Part shown: piece after piece, positions 1 to 9,506 of the stretch
Position numbering within the stretch: the stretch's first letter is position 1
Layout of the letters: every line of letters starts with the position of its first letter
NCBI RefSeq assembly: GCF_013407185.1
Contig: NZ_CP026995.1
Coordinates: 979,483 to 1,011,482, forward strand
Length of the DNA: 32,000 bases
Source of the DNA: Nitrosopumilus ureiphilus
Lineage (GTDB): Archaea > Thermoproteota > Nitrososphaeria > Nitrososphaerales > Nitrosopumilaceae
Direction: 5' to 3'
Made by a program: the position numbers and the translations under genes
Notes under the pieces: generated by a model
Databases searched by the model: none
What the model was told of the DNA's origin: nothing
The model's input: the letters and a program-made list of their open reading frames with translations, nothing else

Positions 1-2000
1 AAGCAAGAGGAATTACAATTTATCAAGCAAACGTTACTTTACACTTTATAAAAAATGATAAAGAATATGTCATAAACATGATTGACACACCTGGACACGT
101 AGACTTTAGTGGAAGGGTAATTCGAAGCCTTCGGGCAATTGATGGTGCAGTAGTAGTTTGTGATGCAGTAGAAGGTATTATGACTCAAACAGAAACTGTA
201 ACTAGAATGGCGCTAGAAGAGCGTGTAAAACCAGTTTTGTTTATCAATAAAGTTGATAGGCTCATCAAGGAACTAAGATTAACTCCTGAAAAAATGCAAC
301 AACAATTGGCAGATGTCGTATCCAACTTTAATCAATTAATTGACACATATGCAGAACCTGAATACAAAGAAAAATGGAAAGTGTCAATTCAGGATGCTAG
401 CGTAACATTTGGCTCTGCAAAGGATAGGTGGGCAATTAACCTTGATTTGATGAAAGAGCGAGGAATTTCATTTAAAGATGTAATTGATGCATACCAGAAC
501 GAAAAAGTTGATGAGCTTGTAGAAAAAGCACCCCTAGCTGATGCGGTTCTTGGAATGGTTGTAAAACATCATCCGGCACCACATGAAGCAGTAAAGTATA
601 GAATTCCACAAATTTGGAAAGGTGATTTAGATTCAGATGTTGGAAAAGCATTACTTGCATGTAGTGATGATGGTCCAACAATTATGATGATTGTAAACAT
701 GGTATTGGATCCCGCAGCAGGACCTGTGGCAATTGGTAGGTTGTTTTCTGGTAAAATCAAAGACGGACAAACGATTAACATTATTGATGCAAAAAGAGAG
801 GGACGTGTACAGTCTGTCAATTTCTTTATGGGAAATCAAAGAGAACAGGTAGGTGAACTCGGGGCTGGAAACATTCCTGCATTACTTGGATTGACTGAAG
901 CTAGAGCAGGAAACACGTTATCTTCAATCAAAGACATTCCAATGTTTGAAGGCGTTCATTATGTTTCAGAACCTGTCGTTCAAATTGCAATAGAACCAAA
1001 ACATCCTAAAGATTTACCTAAACTAGTTGAAATTCTCAAACAACTAACAATTGAGGATCCAAATCTTATTGTAAAAATTGATGAGGAAAGTGGGGAAACA
1101 ATTGTTGCCGGAATGGGAGTTTTACATCTTGATGTGGCAACACACAGAATCCAAGATGCAAAATGTGAAATCGTAACATCTGAGCCTTTGATTAACTATA
1201 GGGAAACAGTAAAGGGAGGCTGTGAACCAATTATGGCAAAATCTCCAAACAGACACAATAAAATTTTCATGAAAGTAGAACCACTAGAACCTGAAATTGC
1301 CCACATGCTAAGAACCGGAGAAATCAGCGATATGAAAGACAAGAAGATTGTTGCAGAACTACTAAAGAAAGCTGGATGGGATACTGATACAATTAAGAGA
1401 GTTATGAAATTTGATTCTCGTGGCAATGTTTTGATTAACGGAACAAAAGGTGTGCAGTTTGTACAAGAATCCACTGATTCTATTAATTCTGGATTTGAAG
1501 ACGTTATGAAAGAAGGACCTCTATGTAAAGAGCAGATGAGGGATTGCAAGTTTATCTTTACTCACTTTGTTCCTCATGAAGATACAGCACATAGAGGGCT
1601 CTCTCAACTTGGCCCTGCTTCTCGTAGAGCCTGTATGGGTGCTTTGTTAACTGCAGGAACTGCAGTTTTAGAACCCACATTGGCCATTGAAGTTCGTGTT
1701 CCTACTGATTTGGTTGGAAATGTAGCAACAGTTCTTTCTGGAAAGAGAGGCAAAGTACTTGACATGTCACAAAAAGGCGCATCAAGTATCATTACAGGCG
1801 AGATTCCAGCTTCTGAGACATTCACACTATCTGAAGAGATGAGAGGTCAAACAGCAGGACGTGCAACATGGAATACTTCCTTTAAGGAATGGACTGAAGT
1901 TCCAAAATCAATGTTAGGACCAGCAGTAGCTGATATTAGAAAGAGAAAAGGATTGGCGCCAGATCCACCAGGCGTTAACGAGTTTATCGATAAAGAGTAA
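1..2000 (+). CDS. fusA: Translation elongation factor 2 (aEF-2), 5'-truncated by the window edge
   Basis: The reading frame is open from nt 3 (ARGITIYQANV...) upstream of the listed Met78. GTPase motifs DTPGHVDF and NKVDR are present. The C-terminal HEDTAHRG carries the diphthamide-His motif of archaeal/eukaryotic EF-2. Confidence 0.95.
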   Translation, partial: ARGITIYQANVTLHFIKNDKEYVINMIDTPGHVDFSGRVIRSLRAIDGAVVVCDAVEGIMTQTETVTRMALEERVKPVLFINKVDRLIKELRLTPEKMQQQLADVVSNFNQLIDTYAEPEYKEKWKVSIQDASVTFGSAKDRWAINLDLMKERGISFKDVIDAYQNEKVDELVEKAPLADAVLGMVVKHHPAPHEAVKYRIPQIWKGDLDSDVGKALLACSDDGPTIMMIVNMVLDPAAGPVAIGRLFSGKIKDGQTINIIDAKREGRVQSVNFFMGNQREQVGELGAGNIPALLGLTEARAGNTLSSIKDIPMFEGVHYVSEPVVQIAIEPKHPKDLPKLVEILKQLTIEDPNLIVKIDEESGETIVAGMGVLHLDVATHRIQDAKCEIVTSEPLINYRETVKGGCEPIMAKSPNRHNKIFMKVEPLEPEIAHMLRTGEISDMKDKKIVAELLKKAGWDTDTIKRVMKFDSRGNVLINGTKGVQFVQESTDSINSGFEDVMKEGPLCKEQMRDCKFIFTHFVPHEDTAHRGLSQLGPASRRACMGALLTAGTAVLEPTLAIEVRVPTDLVGNVATVLSGKRGKVLDMSQKGASSIITGEIPASETFTLSEEMRGQTAGRATWNTSFKEWTEVPKSMLGPAVADIRKRKGLAPDPPGVNEFIDKE

Positions 2001-2080
2001 AAATGGCGTTCCACGTTTTGTGAGGGAAAACCGATTGTGTTGTCGTAATGCTTTTTTGATTAAAGATCATTTGTAAAATT

Positions 2081-2575
2081 ATGTATGCAGTTTTACTTCT
2101 ATTTGAAAAAAATGACAAAGAATACCTATCACAAATCATTTCCAAACTATCAAACCAATACAAATCACCATTTTTTACTCCTCATGTAACTGTATACGGA
2201 TTAGTTGATACTTCACTTGAAGAATTAGACAAGATCATTTTGGATAGCATCAAGGGTATCAAGTCATTTAACATTGAAAAAAATACCATTTCTTTTTCAG
2301 ATGACTTCTGGAAGACTTTGTTTATTGAGTTTAATTCCAATGAAAATATGCTAAAAATAAACAAAAACTTGACAAAATATCTGTCACAATTTGCCAAGTA
2401 TGATCTCAAACCTCATGCAAGCTTGATTTACAAAGAAATGACTACTAGGGAAAAACAAAGACTAGCCGATACCATTGAAATAAAAAATAGTTTTAAAATA
2501 ACTGGGGTTGGAATTCAGGTATTTTCTGAACGTATTGAAGAATGGAAAATAGTACGAGAACACCAGTTAGATTGA
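2081..2575 (+). CDS. 2H phosphoesterase superfamily protein (LigT / cyclic phosphodiesterase-like)
   Basis: 164 aa with the two diagnostic H-x-T/S-x motifs, PHVTVYG and PHASLIY, at the spacing expected for the 2H fold. Confidence 0.6.
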   Translation: MYAVLLLFEKNDKEYLSQIISKLSNQYKSPFFTPHVTVYGLVDTSLEELDKIILDSIKGIKSFNIEKNTISFSDDFWKTLFIEFNSNENMLKINKNLTKYLSQFAKYDLKPHASLIYKEMTTREKQRLADTIEIKNSFKITGVGIQVFSERIEEWKIVREHQLD

Positions 2576-2916
2576 TTTTGACACAAAAGGAAAAGAGAAA
2601 TCATTACAACGTAAAACTGCTTCAAGGTTATGGGGCATCACTCTCTCAAAGACTCCAAGATCATTCTAAAAAATGGCAGACATGATATCACTGGAAATCA
2701 AGAATCCGAAGAATGGTTTGTCAAAAATATGCCTTGTGAGAAAATAGTTCTTTTAGGTCAAGATACGTTTCAACTTATGCCAGAATAAATTCTCATTATT
2801 CCTCGATTATGCATTGGTGATGAATAATTGATAATCGCCCAAAATGATACAAAAATTACCTGAATTCTAATATCTAGATTTTATTTTGAGGCATGATTTG
2901 AAAATTGATAAATTAA

Positions 2917-3984
2917 TTATTTGAAAAATAAATTGAATATTTTCCTCATTTTAGATTGCTCCTCATCTGTTTTATTTGCTAATGTGGGAGTTGGTTTTTC
3001 TACAAAAATTCCTTGTGGGCGATACAACAAAATTGCAAGTAAAATTGCCCCTAATAACAAAAAGTCAAGCCAAATAACATCAAATGGCACAAATCCTTCC
3101 AAAGAATCCTTGAAAAAAATGATGAACTTTCGTAGTGTTACAAAAACTAGTGTTCCAATCAACACACCCTTGTTGTTTGCAAGTCCTCCAATCAATATCA
3201 TTAGAAACGGCCAAAACGTCCAGCTTGCTCTGTCATACGCAAATGCAATTGTACCACCAACGTAAAACGCGTATAATGCACCGCCAATTGCAGCAAGTGC
3301 AGCTGAGATCATTATTACTTTAATTCTAATCTGCATGGAATTTTTTCCAAGAGCTTCTGCTGCCACTTCATTATCTCTAACTGCTCGAAGCATTCTTCCT
3401 AATGGTGAGCGAATCATCCTTTCACTATACACATAAATGACTGCTGCAATTGCTACCAAACCAATTGTTGCTATAGGAAAACGCAGTTCATTAGGTAAAA
3501 ATGACAGAGGATCAGGTACTTGTACTCCTAGGGTTCCACCAACTAACGGTGTGTAATTATTTCCAATGATTCTAATACTTTCTCCAAACGCTAATAGCGT
3601 TATTGCCAAATAATCTCCACGTAATCTTATTGCAGGATATGATGTAAGTAAACCGATTCCTCCTCCAACACCTGCAGCAATTCCTAATGTTAAAAAGAAA
3701 ACTACAAAACCAATTCCAACATTATCTACTAACCATAGATTGATCTGAGATACTATTAACAAATTATCTGTAATGTAATCTCCTTCTATTCCTGCAATAC
3801 TGGCAAAAATCCTGCCTGGAATTGACGCTGCAACAAATGCTCCTGCACCCACTGCTAACACTTTGCCAAAATTTGGAATTCCAGTATACCCAAATTCCAT
3901 ATTCAAACTAAGATTTACAATTACATAGATTGCAAAAATTGCAAGTAAATCTACAATGAAAATAGTTTCAGCTTCTAAAACCAT
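2917..3984 (-). CDS. livM: Branched-chain amino acid (LIV-type) ABC transporter permease, LivM-like
   Basis: 355-aa polytopic membrane protein with a LivM-like Gly/Ala-rich TM pattern. It overlaps the upstream permease gene by 17 nt, suggesting an operon. Confidence 0.85.
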   Translation of the reverse strand: MVLEAETIFIVDLLAIFAIYVIVNLSLNMEFGYTGIPNFGKVLAVGAGAFVAASIPGRIFASIAGIEGDYITDNLLIVSQINLWLVDNVGIGFVVFFLTLGIAAGVGGGIGLLTSYPAIRLRGDYLAITLLAFGESIRIIGNNYTPLVGGTLGVQVPDPLSFLPNELRFPIATIGLVAIAAVIYVYSERMIRSPLGRMLRAVRDNEVAAEALGKNSMQIRIKVIMISAALAAIGGALYAFYVGGTIAFAYDRASWTFWPFLMILIGGLANNKGVLIGTLVFVTLRKFIIFFKDSLEGFVPFDVIWLDFLLLGAILLAILLYRPQGIFVEKPTPTLANKTDEEQSKMRKIFNLFFK

Positions 3985-4963
3985 GTCTCCTCAACTTTGA
4001 CCAATTAATCCCAGCTAATCCCTTTGGTGCCAAAAATAATGTAACTACAATGAATATCAATGGAATTAAAGGACGATATGCAATTAACCATGCGCCAAAT
4101 TCTCCCGCCAAAAATCTAGTTCCTAGAACCTCTGTTAATCCTACAAGTATGCCTCCTGCTATTGCGCCATAAATGGAAAGAAATCCTCCTGAAATACTTG
4201 CAGCAAATACACTAGGAATTAACTGTGGGCCAAGGTTCGGATCTCCTTGAAACCACAATGACATCAAAGCTCCTGCAATTCCTGCAAAACCTCCTCCCAA
4301 TAACCATGAGACTCCATAAATCAATTTTACATTAATCCCAACTGTTTCTGCCAAATCTGAATTCTCAGTTGCTGCTCTCATTGCAATGCCAAATTTTGTT
4401 TTTCTTAACATAATGTGTAGTGTTATTGCCAAAATTGCAATAGTTATTGGAGCTACAATAACTATCAATGGCAATCCCATAAACTCAATATCGTAACTAC
4501 GTAGAGAAAATTCCCTGGATGTAATCTGATATGTTTTCACTATGTAATCTGCTGTGATATTTAGTAATGCAATCATCACTAAATCAAACGCTAGTGTGGC
4601 AATCATCTGAATTGCTTGAGAAGATCCTTTTCGAATCAATGGTTTTAAAATGAATGTATATAGTAAAACTGCCACAATTCCAGATATTGCAAAAGATATT
4701 GGTATTGCAATGTATGGTACAAGACCCCAAACATGAGTTACAATAAGTGCAATATAGACTCCAATTGTTGCAAATGAAGCATGAGCAAAATTAGGCACTC
4801 TTGTTGTGATGTATGTTAGTGTGAGACCAATACCAAGTAGAGTTAAAAGACTTGAAAATATTATTGCATCAGAGAATATAGGATCAATAGTCAAACCATC
4901 ACTATGACATCGAAAACCCTTAATTTCTTTATACCTTTGTTGTTTTGATGATAATTTTATCAA
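3968..4963 (-). CDS. livH: LIV-type ABC transporter permease, LivH-like (start uncertain)
   Basis: Polytopic permease directly upstream of livM. The ORF-track start at 4963 is TTG and overlaps the divergent ATPase gene. An in-frame TTG at 4894 (M-TIDPIFSD...) just before the first TM segment is the more plausible start. Confidence 0.85.
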   Translation of the reverse strand: MIKLSSKQQRYKEIKGFRCHSDGLTIDPIFSDAIIFSSLLTLLGIGLTLTYITTRVPNFAHASFATIGVYIALIVTHVWGLVPYIAIPISFAISGIVAVLLYTFILKPLIRKGSSQAIQMIATLAFDLVMIALLNITADYIVKTYQITSREFSLRSYDIEFMGLPLIVIVAPITIAILAITLHIMLRKTKFGIAMRAATENSDLAETVGINVKLIYGVSWLLGGGFAGIAGALMSLWFQGDPNLGPQLIPSVFAASISGGFLSIYGAIAGGILVGLTEVLGTRFLAGEFGAWLIAYRPLIPLIFIVVTLFLAPKGLAGINWSKLRRHGFRS

Positions 4964-5703
4964 TTTCTGATATTAGAAAAAATTTTGGAGGTCTAACAGT
5001 TCTTCATGGAATTGATATGGAATTAGAACGAGGAAAACTGTACCAACTAATTGGACCAAACGGTAGTGGAAAAACTACCCTGATTAATGTAATATCTGGA
5101 TTATTGAAACCCGACTCTGGTAAAATAGTCTTTGAAGGAAATGACATTACATCAAAAGGACTCTATGATACTTTCAAGACTGGCCTGGTTAGAACTTGGC
5201 AAGTCCCACAACCATTTGCAAATCTTACAACTCTGGAAAATTTTCTTATCTCAAGTAGTAATAATTCTGGCGAATCTTTTCTTTATGCTGCACTAAAATC
5301 TAAATGGAGAAATGATGAAGAAAAAATCACCGATGAGGCACTAGAGATAATGGAATTGGTTAATCTATTGTCTCAAAAAGACACCCTTAGTCAGAATCTT
5401 AGTGGCGGTCAGCAAAAGCTTCTCGAATTAGGTCGTGCCATGATGTCTGGTGTACAAATGATACTGATGGATGAACCAATTGCAGGTGTAAATCCAACAT
5501 TGGCCCATGAGATTTTTGATAAAATTTCAAAAATTTGTAAGAAACAAAAAATTACCTTTTTGATCGTAGAGCACCGACTAGACATAGCATTACAGTATGC
5601 AGATTATATCTTTGCAATGAATAGGGGCAAAATTATAGCAAAAGGAAATCCTGATGATGTAATTAAACATCCCGAAGTTATCGAATCGTATCTAGGAGAA
5701 TAA
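4948..5703 (+). CDS. livG: LIV-type ABC transporter ATP-binding protein, LivG-like
   Basis: Walker A GPNGSGKTT, ABC signature LSGGQQKLLELGRA, Walker B ILMDEP. ATG at 4948; the ORF track begins at TTG 4945. Confidence 0.9.
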   Translation: MIILSISDIRKNFGGLTVLHGIDMELERGKLYQLIGPNGSGKTTLINVISGLLKPDSGKIVFEGNDITSKGLYDTFKTGLVRTWQVPQPFANLTTLENFLISSSNNSGESFLYAALKSKWRNDEEKITDEALEIMELVNLLSQKDTLSQNLSGGQQKLLELGRAMMSGVQMILMDEPIAGVNPTLAHEIFDKISKICKKQKITFLIVEHRLDIALQYADYIFAMNRGKIIAKGNPDDVIKHPEVIESYLGE

Positions 5704-6435
5704 ATGTCCCAAAAGCAAATCCACTCAACAATTCATGTGAATGCCTTGAATTCAGGATATGTAAATAGTCATATTCTTTTTGGAGTAGACTTTGAAGCAA
5801 AAGAGAAAGAAATTACAGTAATTGTTGGTCCTAATGGTAGCGGAAAAAGTACTTTGCTAAAAAGTATTTTTGGTTTGTGCAATGTTTATTCTGGAGAAAT
5901 TAATTATCAAGGAATCAGTATCGCCGGACTTTCACCACATGAAGTAGCCAGGAAAAAAATTGCGTATCTCCCTCAAGTAAACAATGTATTCAAAAATCTC
6001 ACCATAAAGGAAAATCTTACAATGGCAAGCTATACTCTTGATGCAAAACAACAATCAACAAGACTGCCTGAAATTTTTGAGATGTTTCCTATTTTAAAAA
6101 AATATGAAAAATCAAAAGCGGATACTCTTAGTGGAGGTGAACGTCAGATGCTTGCAATGGCAATGGCGTTAATCAGGCAACCCAAAGTCATGCTCTTTGA
6201 TGAACCCACAGCTAGCCTTTCTCCAAAACTAGCCGATGAAGTATTGTCTAAAATAAAACAGATGAGAGATGATTTTGGAATTACTATCATTCTTGTTGAG
6301 CAAAACGTTAAACGAGCATTAAAGATGGGTGATTATGTCTATCTTTTAGCAAATGGTAAAGGTGTCTTTAAAGGAAAATCCGAAGAACTACTTTCTCATC
6401 CTGAACTAGGTAAATTATACTTGGGAATTAATTAA
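5704..6435 (+). CDS. livF: LIV-type ABC transporter ATP-binding protein, LivF-like
   Basis: Walker A GPNGSGKST, signature LSGGERQMLAMAMA, Walker B MLFDEP. Its start codon immediately follows the livG stop (taaATG). Confidence 0.9.
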   Translation: MSQKQIHSTIHVNALNSGYVNSHILFGVDFEAKEKEITVIVGPNGSGKSTLLKSIFGLCNVYSGEINYQGISIAGLSPHEVARKKIAYLPQVNNVFKNLTIKENLTMASYTLDAKQQSTRLPEIFEMFPILKKYEKSKADTLSGGERQMLAMAMALIRQPKVMLFDEPTASLSPKLADEVLSKIKQMRDDFGITIILVEQNVKRALKMGDYVYLLANGKGVFKGKSEELLSHPELGKLYLGIN

Positions 6436-7702
6436 ATGAAATTGAATCCTCACTTTGAGTATACTGTCCTAACAGAATCCATTCTCCTCCTCTGATCCCC
6501 CATATTTCATAATTTGCTTGAGCTAAATCTCCTGCAGCATTTAATTTTGTGGAACCTATTGCCCCACTATAATTTTCTGCAATTTCTGGGATTTTGGATT
6601 TAATGGTGCTGACATCAGTACTTTGAGTTTCAAGCATTGCTAACCCAATTATCCATACTGCGTCATAGGAGGAGTGAACAAATGTGTTAGGTGTTTTACC
6701 TAGTGTTTCTGTCAGATGTGCTTGCACCCTCTCATATGTGGGATTTTTCGATGCTGCAACTTGAACTGTTGTAAATTGTACGTTAGTTGAAAACTCTAAT
6801 CCTATTGGATCGTCAATTAATTTGTGTTCTTTTGTATTGGCACCGGGTCCAAACCATCTAACTTTATCCAAGATTTCATGTTCTGATGCTGATTGGGTAA
6901 ACTGTAAAATTTCTGCAAATCCTAAAAATAAAATTCCAACTTTGTCTTCCCCATACTCATCTACATATTCTTGGACTTTTTTAGCTAACAATGAAGTAGA
7001 TGCTGAAAATTCCGGTGATTCAGGATTATAACGTATTCCTTCATCTACTTGGCCTCCTCTTTTAGTAAATGAATTTGCTGTAGCTTCTTTTAGACCATCT
7101 CCCCAAGTATCTCCTCTCCAAACCGGAATCAACATTTGAATTTCTTCATGTTGGATTAACTTTCCAAGCGCTGTACCTTGATTTGAGTCATCAGGAACTA
7201 AACGAAATACACTGTCATTTGGTATAGCTAATGCTGGAGCAGAAGAACAACAACTAACAAGTAACATATTATTGGAATCTGAATATCCTTTGATGTTTCT
7301 AATGTTTGAACTTGTTTCAGGTCCAACTACAATTCCTATTCCTTTAGCATTTAATGATGATAATTTTTCTAATGCGATAACTGGATTGGTTGCTGAATCC
7401 TCTGATACCATTTTGAGATGCCATGGCGCTCCAATTTCTTCCAAGTGTTTATTGAAATCAACCACTCCGAGCTTTGAACCCTCCCAATTTTCTTCACCAT
7501 GAGTTGCCAAATCCCCTGTAAGTGGAAGAATTAATCCAATTGTTACTTCCCCTGACAAGCCAACTGTGTCTACATCCACAGATGTCTGCTCTGTTGTATC
7601 TGATGGTGCATTTCCTGAATCTGTTCCTAATACCCCATAAACGATACTGATTACAATTAAAATTCCCACAATGCCAATTCCTATTTTTTTACCTGAACTC
7701 AT
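6428..7702 (-). CDS. Membrane-anchored type-I periplasmic-binding-fold substrate-binding protein (LivK-like)
   Basis: 424 aa with an N-terminal hydrophobic anchor (GIGIVGILIVISIVYGVLG), a Ser/Thr/Asp-rich linker, then a LIV-binding-protein-like domain. It is adjacent to the ABC genes, and its 3' end overlaps the livF 3' end by 8 nt. Confidence 0.8.
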   Translation of the reverse strand: MSSGKKIGIGIVGILIVISIVYGVLGTDSGNAPSDTTEQTSVDVDTVGLSGEVTIGLILPLTGDLATHGEENWEGSKLGVVDFNKHLEEIGAPWHLKMVSEDSATNPVIALEKLSSLNAKGIGIVVGPETSSNIRNIKGYSDSNNMLLVSCCSSAPALAIPNDSVFRLVPDDSNQGTALGKLIQHEEIQMLIPVWRGDTWGDGLKEATANSFTKRGGQVDEGIRYNPESPEFSASTSLLAKKVQEYVDEYGEDKVGILFLGFAEILQFTQSASEHEILDKVRWFGPGANTKEHKLIDDPIGLEFSTNVQFTTVQVAASKNPTYERVQAHLTETLGKTPNTFVHSSYDAVWIIGLAMLETQSTDVSTIKSKIPEIAENYSGAIGSTKLNAAGDLAQANYEIWGIRGGEWILLGQYTQSEDSISFN

Positions 7703-7877
7703 GTCTGCAAAGAGTTGAGGTAAGTGATTGTTAAATCTTCCAACATGTGATTATTGTGGAATATTGATGATTTCTCATCAAATCCCACATATGTTAGGTG
7801 ATTTATCTCTCAAAATTTGTATTTAATGGTGATGGATGATTCTGCCGTAAAATCAAAATCGATACTGATTAATAGAT

Positions 7878-7903
7878 GACCTGTATAATATAGGTCGACC
7901 TAG
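7878..7903. promoter_or_regulatory. Inverted repeat GACCT-n9-AGGTC plus a third GACCT half-site in the core promoter of the wHTH gene
   Basis: GACCT (7878-7882), gtataatat, AGGTC (7892-7896), GACCT (7897-7901). The AT-rich spacer is TATA-like, and a second TATA-like ttaataga lies at 7868-7875. The ATG is at 7909. Confidence 0.35.
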
Positions 7904-7908
7904 ATAAA

Positions 7909-8487
7909 ATGAGTCAATATGAGCCTAATCTAAAAACATATGAGCGTGAGAGGATAGTTCTTGAGACCATCAGGAATTATCCTGATTTACATCATAATGC
8001 CTTGATGAAGTTAATTGTTCCAGAATTTATGGCAAAAACAACATTTGAGAAAACACGTGATTCACTAATTGATAAAGCAATCATTACAGTTCTGACAAAA
8101 GCAAACATGAAATTTTATCACCCTTCAAATAATTATGAATCAAAATCACAACATCAAGTTGAGAGAAATACGACCAACTATTTTCATGATATAAAGTCTC
8201 AAATTAAGAGATTAGATACGGATTATCTTCATAAAGACATTGATGAAAAAATAAACATCGCCAATTCTCTATTGAGAAATCTGCTGCAAACTGACAATGG
8301 ATTCACAATTTTGGATGCTGGTAAAAATCCTAACAAAACATTGTACAAGGATGAGCATCTGGCAATACAACAATTAATTCACAAGGTATTTGAAATAGTG
8401 AGAAATGACCGTGATTCTGAGATCATTTTTCCTGCAATGGTGAGTTATTTGGGATTTATGTTACCTCAAAATTCATTGAATAAATAG
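7909..8487 (+). CDS. Putative winged-helix DNA-binding protein with a helical C-terminal domain (paralog of 16365-16931)
   Basis: 192 aa. The N-terminal ~65 aa have a wHTH-like pattern (RERIVLETIRNYPDLHHNALMKLI...SLIDKAIITV). The C-terminal part is colinear with the 188-aa protein at 16365-16931 (YES...LLQTDNGF vs YES...VQSTDGI). Confidence 0.5.
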   Translation: MSQYEPNLKTYERERIVLETIRNYPDLHHNALMKLIVPEFMAKTTFEKTRDSLIDKAIITVLTKANMKFYHPSNNYESKSQHQVERNTTNYFHDIKSQIKRLDTDYLHKDIDEKINIANSLLRNLLQTDNGFTILDAGKNPNKTLYKDEHLAIQQLIHKVFEIVRNDRDSEIIFPAMVSYLGFMLPQNSLNK

Positions 8488-8529
8488 AATTTCATCTAGT
8501 TATTTATTCGGGTAGATGACATAGTCATT

Positions 8530-8757
8530 ATGGGATTGCTCTACACTAAATTCTATCTTGATTTTGACGAAAATGAATGGAAGCAAATTTCTAACAACCC
8601 TATTATTTTTCAGACTCTCAAAGATAGTGTAAGTTTAGATATTGAGGATTCATCGCATAAATCATACAAACTAAATTTTAAGGAAGGGGGGAAACTCCAT
8701 ATGTTTAGAGTAACTGGAAGATTTCGTCTTACTTGGGATGATGAAGATATACTCTAG
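8530..8757 (+). CDS. Hypothetical protein (75 aa)
   Basis: ORF only. Same strand as, and closely spaced after, the wHTH gene. No recognisable motif. Confidence 0.45.
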   Translation: MGLLYTKFYLDFDENEWKQISNNPIIFQTLKDSVSLDIEDSSHKSYKLNFKEGGKLHMFRVTGRFRLTWDDEDIL

Positions 8758-8794
8758 ATGTATAAAATAATAATGGGATTTTTAAAATAATTTT

Positions 8795-9025
8795 ATGACA
8801 TTAAAAGAACAAGTCACTAGGGTGATTAATGATTTTGAGAATGCATCTACTGAGCAAATTCTTGAAATTCTAGATAAAATAATGCCTGAATTTAAAAGTA
8901 ATTTAACAACTGAATATCTCCAGGGTAAAATTCAAAAGATTTTGGAACTGGATGTTGAATCTGAAAAAAAGAAACAGTGCAAAGCATTAATGCCCTATTT
9001 GGATTGGTATTTGCAGGGATTGTAA
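8795..9025 (+). CDS. Hypothetical helical protein (76 aa)
   Basis: ORF only, with helix-like composition. Third gene of the same-strand run 7909-9025. Confidence 0.5.
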   Translation: MTLKEQVTRVINDFENASTEQILEILDKIMPEFKSNLTTEYLQGKIQKILELDVESEKKKQCKALMPYLDWYLQGL

Positions 9026-9179
9026 TATTATTCTGAAAATTGTTTTGTTTGAGGGAACTATTTGACCTAAAGTATTTGTAAATAATTTAGACAACATACT
9101 ACGTGAAATGCCCCTAATGGCAATTTTTAGACAAAAAATTGGATTTTTACTCTTATAATATAAAACAAAAGTCTACTTT

Positions 9180-9479
9180 TCATTTTATAATTTCTCCAAA
9201 TACAGGAGTATCAAAATCATCAGGCGTTTTTAACCAATATGTTTTTCCAAACATTCCTTTAAACTCACAGAATTTATCTTCTCGAGTGTTAAACTTGCCT
9301 GAAAAAATACAACTTTCAACACAATTCAATTCATTACTCATTTCTTGCGAAGATGAACCCCTAAAATTACCCTCATCATTGTAACTTCCAGATTTTGTAA
9401 TGCACGCACCTTGTTCCAATTGAGGGACCACATACCCGCTAGGCAATAAAACAGTCAAAGTTGCAATTAGCAATATCAC
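9180..9479 (-). CDS. Small secreted or membrane-anchored Cys-containing protein (start unclear)
   Basis: Hydrophobic N-terminus (ILLIATLTVLL) followed by a 4-Cys soluble part. The only canonical start is GTG inside the hydrophobic segment. It is in the same frame as the upstream ORF, separated by one TAA. Confidence 0.5.
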   Translation of the reverse strand: MILLIATLTVLLPSGYVVPQLEQGACITKSGSYNDEGNFRGSSSQEMSNELNCVESCIFSGKFNTREDKFCEFKGMFGKTYWLKTPDDFDTPVFGEIIK

Positions 9480-9506
9480 AAATATGATCAGTTTCTTGTA
9501 TCTTTT

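Noticed and set aside
472-1825. Five minus-strand ORFs (472-681, 569-820, 651-839, 1196-1549, 1604-1825) inside the EF-2 gene
   Set aside because: They are antisense shadow frames of a highly conserved, clearly intact gene. Their sequences are low-complexity or Cys/Ser-rich and lack any motif.
2630-2788. 52-aa ORF (MGHHSLKDSKIILKNGRHDITGNQESEEWFVKNMPCEKIVLLGQDTFQLMPE) downstream of the 2H gene
   Set aside because: It looks protein-like but has no recognisable motif, and a weak resemblance to HicA-type toxins could not be substantiated. The evidence is insufficient to call a gene.
2921-7502. Plus-strand ORFs antisense to livM (2921-3265, 3135-3323) and to the binding-protein gene (6822-7031, 7272-7502), and the minus ORF 2182-2409 inside the 2H gene
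   Set aside because: They are fully contained in better-supported genes on the opposite strand, and no independent evidence supports them.
9139-9384. Plus-strand 81-aa ORF opposite the 99-aa secreted-protein ORF
   Set aside because: It has Ser/Asn-rich low-complexity sequence without features. The minus-strand frame has a hydrophobic leader and spaced cysteines, so it is preferred.
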